From: Pseudomonadota bacterium | GTDB lineage: Bacteria > Campylobacterota > Campylobacteria > Campylobacterales > Sulfurimonadaceae | Reading direction: 5' to 3' | NCBI GenBank assembly: GCA_043797085.1 | Contig: JAZDQA010000013.1 | Coordinates: 96,001 to 160,000 of the forward strand | DNA: 64,000 bases | Shown here: positions 50,311 through 60,231 of the stretch, piece after piece | How the letters are laid out: every line of letters starts with the position of its first letter | Position numbering within the stretch: the first letter of the stretch is position 1 | Program-made: the position numbers and the translations under genes | The notes under the pieces: generated by a model | Databases searched by the model: none | Seen by the model: only the letters and a program-made list of their open reading frames with translations | What the model was told of the DNA's origin: nothing

Positions 50311-51306
50311 TTATTCAGCTTCGATTTTCTTTTTGATTGCACTGACTAAATCATCTGCAAGCTCTTGTCCAACAGCATAACCGAATTCCGTAATTTTTTC
50401 TAAAATTTCTTCAAACGATTTTTTACCGAGATTTTTCACTTCTTTCAAATCATTTTGGCTCATCATAACGATTTCACCAATGTATTTGATATTTGAACGA
50501 TCCAAGCAGTTAAAGCTACGAGCGCTTAAACCAAGCTCTTCAATACGTGCACCCAAACGTTTAAGTTCAGGATGTTCGTCATTACGTTCAACGGTTGGAT
50601 TGGCTGATTTGATACTCACTTCACTGTTAAAAACAGCCATTTGAGCGTACATAACATCCAATGCATTTTTAAATGCATCCACCGGAGAGATTTGTCCATC
50701 GGTAACGATGTTGATAATTACTTTTTCAAAATTTGGATTATCTTCTACAAGAACATTGTCAATTGCGTAAGTCGCACGACGAACCGGTGTAAAATAAGCA
50801 TCCAATGCGATGTAACCATCACCTAACAATTCACGAATATCTTCACTTGCAGCATATCCGATACCTTGGAAAATTTTGATTGAAAAATTTAATGTTGCAT
50901 CTTCATTCAATGTTGCCAAAAATTCATTTGGAGTAACGATTTCAACATCGTCATTTTCCAAATCACTGCCGTGAATTTCGCAAGGGCCTGCAAAAGTGTA
51001 AGCAATCTCTTTTTCTTTAAGACCGTTTTTTAATTTAAAACGGATCCCTTTAAGGTTTATAATAAAATCTGAAATATCTTCAAGCATACCGCGCACAGAG
51101 TCAAACTCATGCTTAGCACCCTCAATTTTAATCCCGATTGGGGCAAACCCTACTGAGCTGCTTAACAAAAAGCGGCGAATCGGGTGAGCAATCGAAACCG
51201 CATATCCTGTTTCAAACGGATAGGCAATAATATTCGCTTCATTCGCGCTGATTTGTTCAACGACAAACTCTTTTGGTAGAAGCGGAGAAGTTTTAATTTT
51301 TTTCAT
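50311..51306 (-). CDS. rpoA: RNA polymerase alpha subunit
   Basis: [21 protein letters not shown]; position in the alpha operon. Confidence 0.98.
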   Translation of the reverse strand: MKKIKTSPLLPKEFVVEQISANEANIIAYPFETGYAVSIAHPIRRFLLSSSVGFAPIGIKIEGAKHEFDSVRGMLEDISDFIINLKGIRFKLKNGLKEKEIAYTFAGPCEIHGSDLENDDVEIVTPNEFLATLNEDATLNFSIKIFQGIGYAASEDIRELLGDGYIALDAYFTPVRRATYAIDNVLVEDNPNFEKVIINIVTDGQISPVDAFKNALDVMYAQMAVFNSEVSIKSANPTVERNDEHPELKRLGARIEELGLSARSFNCLDRSNIKYIGEIVMMSQNDLKEVKNLGKKSFEEILEKITEFGYAVGQELADDLVSAIKKKIEAE

Positions 51307-51329
51307 GCTGAGTGCCCTTTATTTAGTGA

Positions 51330-51956
51330 TTATTTCGAGTAAAGCTCAACGATTAGACGCTCTTCAACAGGAATAACAACCTCTTCACGCTCTGGAAGAC
51401 GTGTAAAGATACCAAATACTTTTGCTTGATCGATATCAACCCATCCAGCAAGACCGGTTTGGTTGGTAAGCTCCATCGCACGAACAACTTGGTTATTCTT
51501 TTTGCTTTTTTCGTTAATCTCAATTTTCTGTCCCGGTTTAACACGGTAAGAAGGGATATCAACACGCTTTCCGTCAACAAGTACGTGACAGTGATTTACC
51601 AATTGACGTGCAAAACGACGAGTCGTTGCAAAGCCCATACGGTAAACAACATTGTCAAGACGCTGCTCTAACAACATTACTAAGTTCGTACCTGTATTTC
51701 CTTGGCGACGCTTTGCTTCATCAAACAATGAACGCATTTGCTTTTCGCTCAAACCGTACATAAACTTCGCTTTTTGTTTTTCACGAAGTTGTGTACCGTA
51801 TTCAGAAATTTTTGTACGACGTTGACCATGTTGACCAGGTCCGTAAGGACGTTTGTCGAGAGCACTTTTACCTGCTAAGCGACGTTCGCCTTTTAGGCCA
51901 AGGCTTACACCGAATCTTCTTTCGATTTTTTCTACGGGTCCTCTATATCTTGCCAT
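51330..51956 (-). CDS. rpsD: 30S ribosomal protein S4
   Basis: [23 protein letters not shown]. Confidence 0.99.
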   Translation of the reverse strand: MARYRGPVEKIERRFGVSLGLKGERRLAGKSALDKRPYGPGQHGQRRTKISEYGTQLREKQKAKFMYGLSEKQMRSLFDEAKRRQGNTGTNLVMLLEQRLDNVVYRMGFATTRRFARQLVNHCHVLVDGKRVDIPSYRVKPGQKIEINEKSKKNNQVVRAMELTNQTGLAGWVDIDQAKVFGIFTRLPEREEVVIPVEERLIVELYSK

Positions 51957-51967
51957 ACCTTAGCTCC

Positions 51968-52360
51968 TTACACGCGTCGGCGCTTAGGCGCACGACAACC
52001 ATTGTGTGGTAGTGGAGTAACGTCTTTCATATAAGAAACACGTAAACCCTCGATAGCACCAACACTTTTAACTGCAGTTTCACGGCCAGAACCTGGACCT
52101 TGAACTTTAATTCCCACTTCTTTAATACCGTGGACCATTGCTTTACCCATCGCATCTTCTACTGCTTGTTGAGCAGCAAAAGGAGTCGATTTTTTAGATC
52201 CTTTGAACCCAAGAGCACCAGCTGAGCTCCATGCGATCATGTTACCCATCTCGTCCGTTACGGTTACAAGAGTATTATTGAATGATGCTAGGATATGCAC
52301 GATACCCTTAGCAATATTCTTTTTAATAACTTTTTTACGGGTTGCTTTTCTTTTTGCCAT
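51968..52360 (-). CDS. rpsK: 30S ribosomal protein S11
   Basis: [15 protein letters not shown]. Confidence 0.99.
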   Translation of the reverse strand: MAKRKATRKKVIKKNIAKGIVHILASFNNTLVTVTDEMGNMIAWSSAGALGFKGSKKSTPFAAQQAVEDAMGKAMVHGIKEVGIKVQGPGSGRETAVKSVGAIEGLRVSYMKDVTPLPHNGCRAPKRRRV

Positions 52361-52371
52361 ACGCTAATCCC

Positions 52372-52743
52372 TTATCTTGTGGCTGAGCCGACAGTTTTCT
52401 TCTTACCTTTGCGGGTACGAGCATTAGTTTTGGTTTTTTGACCACGGCATGGGAGACTTTTACGATGACGAAGACCACGGTAAGAACCGATGTCCATCAA
52501 CGCTTTAATATCCATAGCAACTTGCTTACGAAGGTCACCCTCTACGATGATGTTACTCGCACGAATCTCTTTAGCAAGAGTCGCCGCATCATCTTCGCTT
52601 AGCTCATATACACGCTTGTTATAATCAAGCCCAGTAGCATCTAAAATCTTACGTGATGTATGCAAACCAATACCATAGATATAAGTTAATGCATACTCTA
52701 GACGTTTTTTCTTAGGTAAGTCCACACCAGCAATACGTGCCAT
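52372..52743 (-). CDS. rpsM: 30S ribosomal protein S13
   Basis: [24 protein letters not shown]. Confidence 0.99.
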   Translation of the reverse strand: MARIAGVDLPKKKRLEYALTYIYGIGLHTSRKILDATGLDYNKRVYELSEDDAATLAKEIRASNIIVEGDLRKQVAMDIKALMDIGSYRGLRHRKSLPCRGQKTKTNARTRKGKKKTVGSATR

Positions 52744-52745
52744 GC

Positions 52746-52859
52746 TTATCCTTGTCTTTGTTTATGTTTTGGGGTTTTGCATATTACGCGAACAACCCCT
52801 TTGCGCTTGATGATTTTGCAATCGTCGCACATTTTCTTCACTGAAGAACGAACTTTCAT
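52746..52859 (-). CDS. rpmJ: 50S ribosomal protein L36
   Basis: [37 protein letters not shown] (37 aa). Confidence 0.98.
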   Translation of the reverse strand: MKVRSSVKKMCDDCKIIKRKGVVRVICKTPKHKQRQG

Positions 52860-52990
52860 TGTCAAGCTCCGATATTGTAATCCTTTGCCTCTCTCGTAGG
52901 TGCACATCATATACGCACCAATACTTGTAACTACGTCTACGCAGTTATAAATACTCAATGTTGCTTGTCCAAGAGGGCAAAGTGGACGCG
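52860..52990 (-). promoter_or_regulatory. Structured 5' leader of the alpha operon
   Basis: Closing stem CTTTGCC-CTCT/AGAG-A-GGCAAAG with two inner hairpins; TACAAT -10 at 52992-52997. Confidence 0.55.
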
Positions 52991-53038
52991 TATTGTACAT
53001 AAGTTTACGTTAAAGTTTTATTAAGATGATAAGTGAAT

Positions 53039-53113
53039 ATTTCTGCCTTGGAAAGGTAAGCTTTAGTAGTTCAAGCGACTAGCGGAACAAAAGGGATGTA
53101 TTCCTTTTGTGTT
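53039..53113. repeat. Three-hairpin dispersed element, copy C (3' of hom)
   Basis: TGCCTT-GGA-AAGGTA / AGCTTTAG / TAGTT-CAAGC-GACTA / ACAAAAGGGA-TGTA-TTCCTTTTGT. Confidence 0.8.
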
Positions 53114-53120
53114 AGATCAA

Positions 53121-53154
53121 ATGATACGGATTGTATCTATACAATCCGTATCAT
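53121..53154. terminator. Perfect 16-bp inverted repeat spanning the hom stop codon
   Basis: ATGATACGGATTGTAT-CT-ATACAATCCGTATCAT. Confidence 0.6.
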
Positions 53155-54396
53155 ATAAGGAGATTCAAGAACAGTTTCTAAAGATTCTAACTCTTTCATT
53201 AAAGAGCGAATATCACATTCTCGTGCTTCATGGGTTGAAATCAGTAAATGAGCGCATTCTTGTGCAAAAGGGCGCTGTATCATTGCTTCTATAGATATTG
53301 CATGATTGGCAAAGAGCTGAGTGATTTTTGCCAAAATTCCTGCTTTATCGGTAATACGAAGTCGTAAATAGTATTTCGAACGAATATCATCGGCACTTTT
53401 GAGACGCAATCCCTCTTCAAGCGGGTGATTAAATCCAAGCATTGGAGAGCGTTTACCTGAACGAACGATATCAATGATATTTGCTACCACTGCGCTTGCC
53501 GTTGCATTTCCACCGGCACCCGGACCATAATACAGTGTTTCTCCCACACGGTCACCGACAACGCTGATACCGTTCATAACACCATCAATCTTGGCAATCA
53601 TTGCCTCTTGCTTAACCAATGTAGCATGAACTCGCAGTTCTACTTCTGCTCCATCACGCTTGGCAATACCCAAAAGCTTGATGGTATATCCAAACTCTTT
53701 TGCAAAGGCAATATCCGCTTGAGTAATCCCCTCAATTCCCTCGATTAGTATCTCTTCAGGTTTGGCATCAATCCCATACGCAATGGAAGCTAAAATCAGA
53801 AGCTTATGAGCCGCATCAAATCCGCCGATGTCAAAAGTAGGATCTGCTTCTGCGTATCCCAAAGCCTGTGCTTCGGCCAAGACCACATCAAAAGCAACCC
53901 CCTCTTCCATCATTTTAGTCAGCATAAAGTTACACGTACCGTTCATAATCCCCATAATGGAAAGAATATGATTGGCAGAAAGACCATCACGCAAGGCGTT
54001 AATAATAGGAATTCCACCGGCAACACTCGCTTCAAATTCAAACGGCAAATCGCCGGCAATCTCTTGTAGTTCATATCGGTGATACGCGAGAAGCGCCTTG
54101 TTGGCTGTAACTATCGCTTTTTTACTCGCCAATGCACTTTTTAACAACTCAAACGGAAGCTCAACGCCTCCCATCAATTCAACAATAATATCAATCTCTG
54201 GATCATTGATAATCTCATACGGATCGGTGGTAATCGCGATACTTAAATCACTTACCTTACTGACATCTCGAACGGCACCGCTTTTAACGACAATGTCTTC
54301 ACCCGCACGTGCTGAAATAATGGCAGCATTTTCTTCTAAAATTTCAACAACGGCGCGTCCTACCGTCCCAACTCCTAATACACCAACACGAATCAC
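53137..54396 (-). CDS. hom: Homoserine dehydrogenase (with ACT domain)
   Basis: GVGTVG, VTANKA, FEASVAGGIP, GYAEADP. Confidence 0.97.
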   Translation of the reverse strand: MIRVGVLGVGTVGRAVVEILEENAAIISARAGEDIVVKSGAVRDVSKVSDLSIAITTDPYEIINDPEIDIIVELMGGVELPFELLKSALASKKAIVTANKALLAYHRYELQEIAGDLPFEFEASVAGGIPIINALRDGLSANHILSIMGIMNGTCNFMLTKMMEEGVAFDVVLAEAQALGYAEADPTFDIGGFDAAHKLLILASIAYGIDAKPEEILIEGIEGITQADIAFAKEFGYTIKLLGIAKRDGAEVELRVHATLVKQEAMIAKIDGVMNGISVVGDRVGETLYYGPGAGGNATASAVVANIIDIVRSGKRSPMLGFNHPLEEGLRLKSADDIRSKYYLRLRITDKAGILAKITQLFANHAISIEAMIQRPFAQECAHLLISTHEARECDIRSLMKELESLETVLESPYMIRIV

Positions 54397-55617
54397 TTAT
54401 GCACCCTTACATTCAAACTGCAGTAAAAAGTTCTTGATATTTTTTGCTGCTTGTCGGATACGCTTGTCATTTTCGATCAAGGCAATACGAACATACTCAT
54501 CCCCGTATTCTCCAAAACCAATCCCCGGTGCAACGGCTACATTGGCTTCGACTAAAAGACGTTTTGAAAACTCTAAACTCCCTAAATGTCGAGCGCATTG
54601 CGGTATACGTGCCCATACAAACATAGAAGCTTGATTACGACGAACCGGCCATCCGACACGGTTAAATGCTTCAAGTAAAACATCTTGGCGATGATCGTAC
54701 TTGTCCGTAATTTCTTGGACACAGCTTTGATCGCCTTGAAGAGCTACTGTTGCTGCTACTTGAATTGGGGTAAACATCCCATAATCCAACCAACTTTTAA
54801 TTTTTTGAAGTGCTCCTATGAGTTTAGGGTTTCCAACGAAGAAGCCAACGCGCCATCCCGCCATATTGTAACTTTTAGAGAGGGTAAAACTCTCAACTGC
54901 CACATCTTTTGCCCCAGGTACGGACATAATCGATGGAGTTGTATATCCATCAAATGTCAAATCACCATACGCAATATCGCTGATAATGTAAAAACGTTCA
55001 CGCTTTGCCATAGCAACAATACGGGTATAAAAATCAGGCGTTACCGTAGCTGTTGTAGGATTGTGCGGAAAGTTTACCACCACATATTTCGGTTTAGGAA
55101 ATGAGATGTGGAATGCCGTTTCAAGGCGCTCAAAAAAAAGGTCCTCATCAACTTTGTAATCTTCATCAAACGGAAGTTCCATTTTTTGGACATTTCCACC
55201 GGCAAGAATAAAGGCATACGAGTGAATCGGATAGGTAGGATCAGGGACAACGGCAACATCTCCCGGATTGGTAATAGCGTATGCCAAATGCGCATATCCC
55301 TCTTTTGATCCCATCGTTGCGACGGCTTCGGTTTCAGGATCAAGATCAACGTCATAACGACGTTTATACCAGTCACAAATCGCCCCGCGAAGCTTTGGAA
55401 TCCCTTTTGATGCTGAATAACCATGAGTTTTGGTTTTTTGAGCTGATTCGATCAGTTTTTCTCGGATATGCTCAGGGGTATCACCGTCAGGATTTCCCAT
55501 ACTAAAATCAATAACATCCGCACCAGCGCGTCTGCGAGCCATTTTTAGCTCATTTACTTCAGCAAAAACGTATTTTGGAAGTCGTTTAATTCGATCAAAT
55601 TGGATTTCATCAAACAT
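54397..55617 (-). CDS. Class I/II PLP aminotransferase (AlaC / LL-DAP aminotransferase-like)
   Basis: GNPD, PHNPT, SDIAY, SKSYNMAGWRVG. Confidence 0.9.
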   Translation of the reverse strand: MFDEIQFDRIKRLPKYVFAEVNELKMARRRAGADVIDFSMGNPDGDTPEHIREKLIESAQKTKTHGYSASKGIPKLRGAICDWYKRRYDVDLDPETEAVATMGSKEGYAHLAYAITNPGDVAVVPDPTYPIHSYAFILAGGNVQKMELPFDEDYKVDEDLFFERLETAFHISFPKPKYVVVNFPHNPTTATVTPDFYTRIVAMAKRERFYIISDIAYGDLTFDGYTTPSIMSVPGAKDVAVESFTLSKSYNMAGWRVGFFVGNPKLIGALQKIKSWLDYGMFTPIQVAATVALQGDQSCVQEITDKYDHRQDVLLEAFNRVGWPVRRNQASMFVWARIPQCARHLGSLEFSKRLLVEANVAVAPGIGFGEYGDEYVRIALIENDKRIRQAAKNIKNFLLQFECKGA

Positions 55618-55700
55618 GATGTGTACCTGCCATTAAAAAATTGTGCAATTCTAGCACTTTTCGACTACTCTCAAGCTTATAAGGGTATTTTATTCCCTTA

Positions 55701-56333
55701 TTACTCCTCCTTGTAGTGTTCTATCCACATTCCTTCTTTAAGAAGTTTCATCCCATTGGTGTTGGCAATTTTTAAATACATGGCTCCAGCTGGTAGAGCA
55801 AAGCTCATTCTTTCTTCTGCTTTGAACGTACGAATTGAACTAAGAATTCCCATATTTGCGTCCAATACGGCTATCTCAGGATACCACTTATTGCCATAAG
55901 GTGCTTCAATGGTTAATGCATTGGATTGATTAACGATAAACCATGATGGAACTGCCGTTTTTTCCATCTGTGCCCCTTCATCAGGGGTAATCGCCGGTAC
56001 TTGCCAAAGCAGTGAAGAAGCATCTATCTCTATGATCCATTTTTTATCTCGAACAGTTCCTGCGGTAATAACAAAACCATTGTCGCGTAAAATTTCACTA
56101 AAGAATTTGGGCTGGAAAAGTTTTCTGCCGCTTAAAGAAATTTCCATGCGTGTCATCTCGCCATCGCTTTCATAATGACGAATATTAACACGCTGTCCAA
56201 TGGTACTAAAAGCTTGGAGAATGATTTTAGAAGAGAGAATATTTCCGTGATCAACACGGAGCTGGACTTCTGTTTTGATATCACCTGCTGCTAATGAAAA
56301 AGTAAAAATTACGAACCAAACAAGAAGCTTCAC
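55701..56333 (-). CDS. Hypothetical exported protein
   Basis: Signal peptide; 210-aa ORF coupled to the upstream gene. Confidence 0.7.
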   Translation of the reverse strand: MKLLVWFVIFTFSLAAGDIKTEVQLRVDHGNILSSKIILQAFSTIGQRVNIRHYESDGEMTRMEISLSGRKLFQPKFFSEILRDNGFVITAGTVRDKKWIIEIDASSLLWQVPAITPDEGAQMEKTAVPSWFIVNQSNALTIEAPYGNKWYPEIAVLDANMGILSSIRTFKAEERMSFALPAGAMYLKIANTNGMKLLKEGMWIEHYKEE

Positions 56334-57169
56334 TACCAGTTGCTTCCCTTATTTTTAATATTAAATTCTTCCAATGTAAGCTGCTGAAGTGATCCATTTT
56401 CATACGTAAACCAAACCGTATTTCTCTCTTTTAGTATCTTATTGCCTGAAGAAGTCACTATCTCTAAACGACCGTGTCCAAAAACGAAAAGCCAGTTCTT
56501 AGTGCTATCAATCAAAATAGGATCTTTGGTAACTTTTTGCGTTTTTTCTCCCGTTGCCAAATCCATCATGCCTACCCATACTTTTGAAGAGGGTTTGATA
56601 CTAAGAACATCCGAAAAATTTAAAATCTTACCCTTTGTATCCATACGGATAATACTCGTGTTGTGTTCTTGTGTGAGCTGTGTTGCATTGATCTCAGTCA
56701 TATTAATATCAATGATCGCATTCACGTCACTGGCATTTATTTCACTTGAGTTACTGTCTACAACCTCGATGGATGCACTGCTTAACTCCATAACTTCTTC
56801 TTTGGGAGCGACACTAAACTCCCCTTGCATCATTGAACCAATTAGCATTAAAAGAATAATTGCACCTATCGCCCCAAATATCCACAACGTACGCGAATTA
56901 GAAGAAGCTTGTAAGACAGCAGACGGTTTTTCAATAGCTATATCAGGATTAAGACCAACATAAGCATCATATTCACTGCGCAATGATTCAAGATTTACCC
57001 CGTATTCACGCTCCAAAATAGAAACAAAACCCATAAATTGAACACGCTTTAATTCATCAAAAGATTTATGCAATACCTGTTCAAGTTTAGCTCGTGAAAT
57101 ATGGGTGCGCTCATGTATACTATTTGCCCCAAGCTCTTGCAAATCTTCAAAGGACTTTATCGTACTCAT
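56333..57169 (-). CDS. Hypothetical RodZ-like protein (HTH-TM-periplasmic domain)
   Basis: N-terminal IHERTHISRAKLE..GFVSILEREY, single TM, low-complexity linker, C-terminal VWVG beta domain. Confidence 0.6.
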   Translation of the reverse strand: MSTIKSFEDLQELGANSIHERTHISRAKLEQVLHKSFDELKRVQFMGFVSILEREYGVNLESLRSEYDAYVGLNPDIAIEKPSAVLQASSNSRTLWIFGAIGAIILLMLIGSMMQGEFSVAPKEEVMELSSASIEVVDSNSSEINASDVNAIIDINMTEINATQLTQEHNTSIIRMDTKGKILNFSDVLSIKPSSKVWVGMMDLATGEKTQKVTKDPILIDSTKNWLFVFGHGRLEIVTSSGNKILKERNTVWFTYENGSLQQLTLEEFNIKNKGSNW

Positions 57170-57843
57170 CGCATTCTCTCCATTAAAATTGCTCCGGCTA
57201 CTCCCACATTAAGCGAATCAAAGTCGTGCGCCATCTCAATGGAAACACCGTGATCAAGCCCTTTTTCAACACGACCGCTTAAGCCCTCGCCCTCACTGCC
57301 CAAAATCAACGCACGCTTGGAATCAAAACTCATCTCACGTACGTTTTTACCCTCAAGCGTTGCCCCATAGAGCGTAAATCCTGACTGCTTAAGCTCATGC
57401 ATAACATCATGGATATTATGGACAACGACGATAGGTAAGTCCAGCGCCGCCCCGCTGCTCGTTCGAATTAACGCTTCCAAGTTTGGTTCTCGGATACCGG
57501 TAATTACAAGAGCTTCCACTCCAAGAGCATACGCACTTCGCACCAGTGAACCCATGTTTCCCATATCGGTGATAGAGCTTAACACAACGATAAAACCGCA
57601 TTTTTTCAAAAAAGGAGACGCATACGGGACAATTTGAGAAATCTCGGCAATGTAGCCTTGGTGATTTCCCCCTTTAACCATGGATTGCGCTGCAATCTCT
57701 GGAATTCGTTTAATCTCAAAACCCATTTTCATCAATTGACCGTACTCTTTTTTATCAATCTCTTTGGCAAGATAGAGTGTTTTTATCCGATCGCGATGTC
57801 GTTCAAGTGCATAAAATACCGGTTGTTTTCCATAGATAAGCAT
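57166..57843 (-). CDS. rlmB: 23S rRNA (G2251-2'-O)-methyltransferase RlmB
   Basis: IYGKQP, NHQG, GSEGEG, DSLNV. Confidence 0.88.
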   Translation of the reverse strand: MLIYGKQPVFYALERHRDRIKTLYLAKEIDKKEYGQLMKMGFEIKRIPEIAAQSMVKGGNHQGYIAEISQIVPYASPFLKKCGFIVVLSSITDMGNMGSLVRSAYALGVEALVITGIREPNLEALIRTSSGAALDLPIVVVHNIHDVMHELKQSGFTLYGATLEGKNVREMSFDSKRALILGSEGEGLSGRVEKGLDHGVSIEMAHDFDSLNVGVAGAILMERMR

Positions 57844-57856
57844 AGTTTGTAATTCC

Positions 57857-58666
57857 TTATAAGTTTAAGAGGCGGGTATAGCACTCTTTTGGGTTTTCGC
57901 CGGTAATTTTGGCGATGAGCTTGGATGCCGCTTTTTTAGGTATATCTAGAGCAAGTATGTCGGCTTCATTCAAACTTGCACCGCAAGAAGCGGAAGCTTC
58001 AATAACCACGACCCATTCACCCCGAATCTCACCTTCCATCTTAGAAAGGAGTTCAGAAGCAGTTCCTTGATAAAAACGCTGATATTTTTTAGTAATCTCT
58101 TTGGCTAAAAACACTCGACGCACCGGTGCTGAAACGACAAGTTCATGGAGTAGTTTATCCAAACGTTTGGGAGATTCATAGAGCACGGTGGTATAGCCGT
58201 TGAAAAGAGCCTCTTGAAGGGCAGCGGAACGGTCATTGCCTTTGTGCGGTAAAAATCCGAAAAAGAGCATTTTTGTCTCACAAAAGCCACTTGCGACGAA
58301 TGCACTCAATACCGCATTAGCTCCCGGTAAAATATCGTACTTAACCCCATTATCCAAACAATACCGTACCAACAATTGCCCAGGATCACTAATCCCCGGC
58401 ATTCCCGCATCACTGACATACAGCACATTCGCGTTAAAAAAATCTGGGGTGAGTTTGGAAACAAATTCTGCTTCATTGTGAGAATGGAGACTTAAAAACT
58501 GTGGTTCACTCGTCGTTAGATTATGACGTTCTTTGAGTAAGTGTATGAGTTTTTTAGTAACACGAGTATCTTCACACAAAATTATGTCAGCAGTAGAGAG
58601 AACTTCAAGGGAACGAATGGAGATATCGGAAATATTACCGATAGGAGTAGGTACAAGAGATAACAT
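57857..58666 (-). CDS. rsmI: 16S rRNA (C1402-2'-O)-methyltransferase RsmI
   Basis: TPIGN, CEDTR, VSDAGMPGISDPG, YESPKR. Confidence 0.95.
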   Translation of the reverse strand: MLSLVPTPIGNISDISIRSLEVLSTADIILCEDTRVTKKLIHLLKERHNLTTSEPQFLSLHSHNEAEFVSKLTPDFFNANVLYVSDAGMPGISDPGQLLVRYCLDNGVKYDILPGANAVLSAFVASGFCETKMLFFGFLPHKGNDRSAALQEALFNGYTTVLYESPKRLDKLLHELVVSAPVRRVFLAKEITKKYQRFYQGTASELLSKMEGEIRGEWVVVIEASASCGASLNEADILALDIPKKAASKLIAKITGENPKECYTRLLNL

Positions 58667-58705
58667 TATTCTCTCTTTAATTTTAGTTTTTTCTATGATT
58701 CAAGA

Positions 58706-58783
58706 AAAATCTGCCTCGCTAGAGGCTAGCTTCAGTGCCTTAGCGGCTAGCGAAGCCATCGGGGCTTTTGCCTCGATGGCGTT
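58706..58783. repeat. Three-hairpin dispersed element, copy D (3' of rpmE)
   Basis: TGCCTC-GCTA-GAGGCT / AGCTTCAG / TGCC-TTAGC-GGCTA / GCCATCGGGGC-TTTT-GCCTCGATGGC. Confidence 0.8.
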
Positions 58784-58787
58784 CAAA

Positions 58788-58991
58788 TTACTGATTTAAC
58801 GCGTAACGTTTTTTGAACTTGTCGATACGTCCAGCAGTGTCTACTTGGCGCTCAGAACCGGTATAAAACGGGTGACATTCATTACAAATATCAACACGAA
58901 TAGCAGCTTTTGTGCTTTTTGTTGTGAATGTGTTACCGCATGCGCAGCTAACAGTACATTCAACAGTATTAGGGTGAAGTTCTTTTTTCAT
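58788..58991 (-). CDS. rpmE: 50S ribosomal protein L31 (Zn-binding type)
   Basis: [21 protein letters not shown]. Confidence 0.98.
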   Translation of the reverse strand: MKKELHPNTVECTVSCACGNTFTTKSTKAAIRVDICNECHPFYTGSERQVDTAGRIDKFKKRYALNQ

Positions 58992-59097
58992 AATATGACC
59001 TTGTGAGTGACGGCGTTGTACGTCAATCGGTTTGAGTTTTACATCCATACCTGGGGACGGATTGTTGGACGCGAATTATATCCAAAACTTTTTAAAT

Positions 59098-59766
59098 TTA
59101 CAACCTCATCGAAGCAATCGCCACGGCTGCGGTCTCGGAGCGTAAAATCATCGGCAGATTAAAATGGCGAATACGGTGTGAACTGTACGATTTACGCTCA
59201 CTCTCATCAAAGCCACCCTCACATCCAATCACCACGGTTTCAAAAGTTTCATTTTGATCCAAAGCTTCCCCGCCAAAATCAAGAACAATCCCTTCGGGAT
59301 TTGCATTCAAAAACGTACTAAGCGCTGGTGTTTCAGAAAATTCTATCAAAGAAGTCCGCCCGCATTGCATCATAGCACTTTCCATAATGCGATTAAATCG
59401 CTCAAAATCGAGTCGAAAGTTTCGTTGTGACCGCTTGCAATGGATTAACGTGATTTTTGAAACACCAAGTTCCATCAACATAGGCAAGGTTTTTTCAATC
59501 GTTTTTGGATCAACGATACACCATCCGATATGAAGCTTTTTAGGTGCTTCACAAAGAGAGTTTAATGAACTTTCACGTATAAAATAGGCATTACGCCCAT
59601 CGGTTTTCTCTAAGCGATAATGATGAGCGATATTTAACGTATCACGATGACGAAAAACGATAAGATCACCCACTACGTGACGGCGTACTTTGATCAGATA
59701 TTTGTACTCTTCGCCTGAAATAATCAGCTCATCTGAACCTGCTTTTGGATCGAGCATAAACTTCAT
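59098..59766 (-). CDS. rsmE: 16S rRNA (U1498-N3)-methyltransferase RsmE
   Basis: ELGV, QCGR, IGCEGGF, ILRSETAA. Confidence 0.93.
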   Translation of the reverse strand: MKFMLDPKAGSDELIISGEEYKYLIKVRRHVVGDLIVFRHRDTLNIAHHYRLEKTDGRNAYFIRESSLNSLCEAPKKLHIGWCIVDPKTIEKTLPMLMELGVSKITLIHCKRSQRNFRLDFERFNRIMESAMMQCGRTSLIEFSETPALSTFLNANPEGIVLDFGGEALDQNETFETVVIGCEGGFDESERKSYSSHRIRHFNLPMILRSETAAVAIASMRL

Positions 59767-60173
59767 ACGATCATCCAAAGTGTTATACCAAGCAATAACG
59801 CCATCTCTATTCCTAAATAACGAAAAGCTTTACGTTTATAAAGAGCAAATGCCCCCTCTTGCGTAATATCCGTACGACGCTTGAGTGTTTTATATCGCTT
59901 GGCTTCCAAAACAATCATAACGATACCCACAACAATCATCGCATCATTAGCAAAAGTAAAATGCAAATGTTTTGCTGCCATCATTATCGCACCCGTCAAG
60001 AGAATCAACGCAATTAATGATGCCGAAATGGGCATAACAATTCGCATTCGTTTAGCATACCGAATGACCTGATTGCTCAAAGCAAGCATCGTAATGTTGA
60101 ACATTACGACTCCCATCAACATCATAACCCCGACCGTGTGGATTTCTAATCCCATTGTATACATAGCTTCCAT
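59763..60173 (-). CDS. Hypothetical 4-TM membrane protein
   Basis: Four hydrophobic segments; ATGA overlap with rsmE. Confidence 0.7.
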   Translation of the reverse strand: MEAMYTMGLEIHTVGVMMLMGVVMFNITMLALSNQVIRYAKRMRIVMPISASLIALILLTGAIMMAAKHLHFTFANDAMIVVGIVMIVLEAKRYKTLKRRTDITQEGAFALYKRKAFRYLGIEMALLLGITLWMIV

Positions 60174-60231
60174 AAAGTAGATTTTACCCTATTTTGTCTA
60201 TAATGACTTAAAACGTGGCAAGGGAGTTTAC

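Noticed and set aside
52860..53000. N-terminal extensions of RpmJ (also RpmE, RpsL, Tuf, MurE, QueE, PrfB) in the ORF track
   Set aside because: Longest-ORF artefacts; conserved starts with RBS lie downstream.
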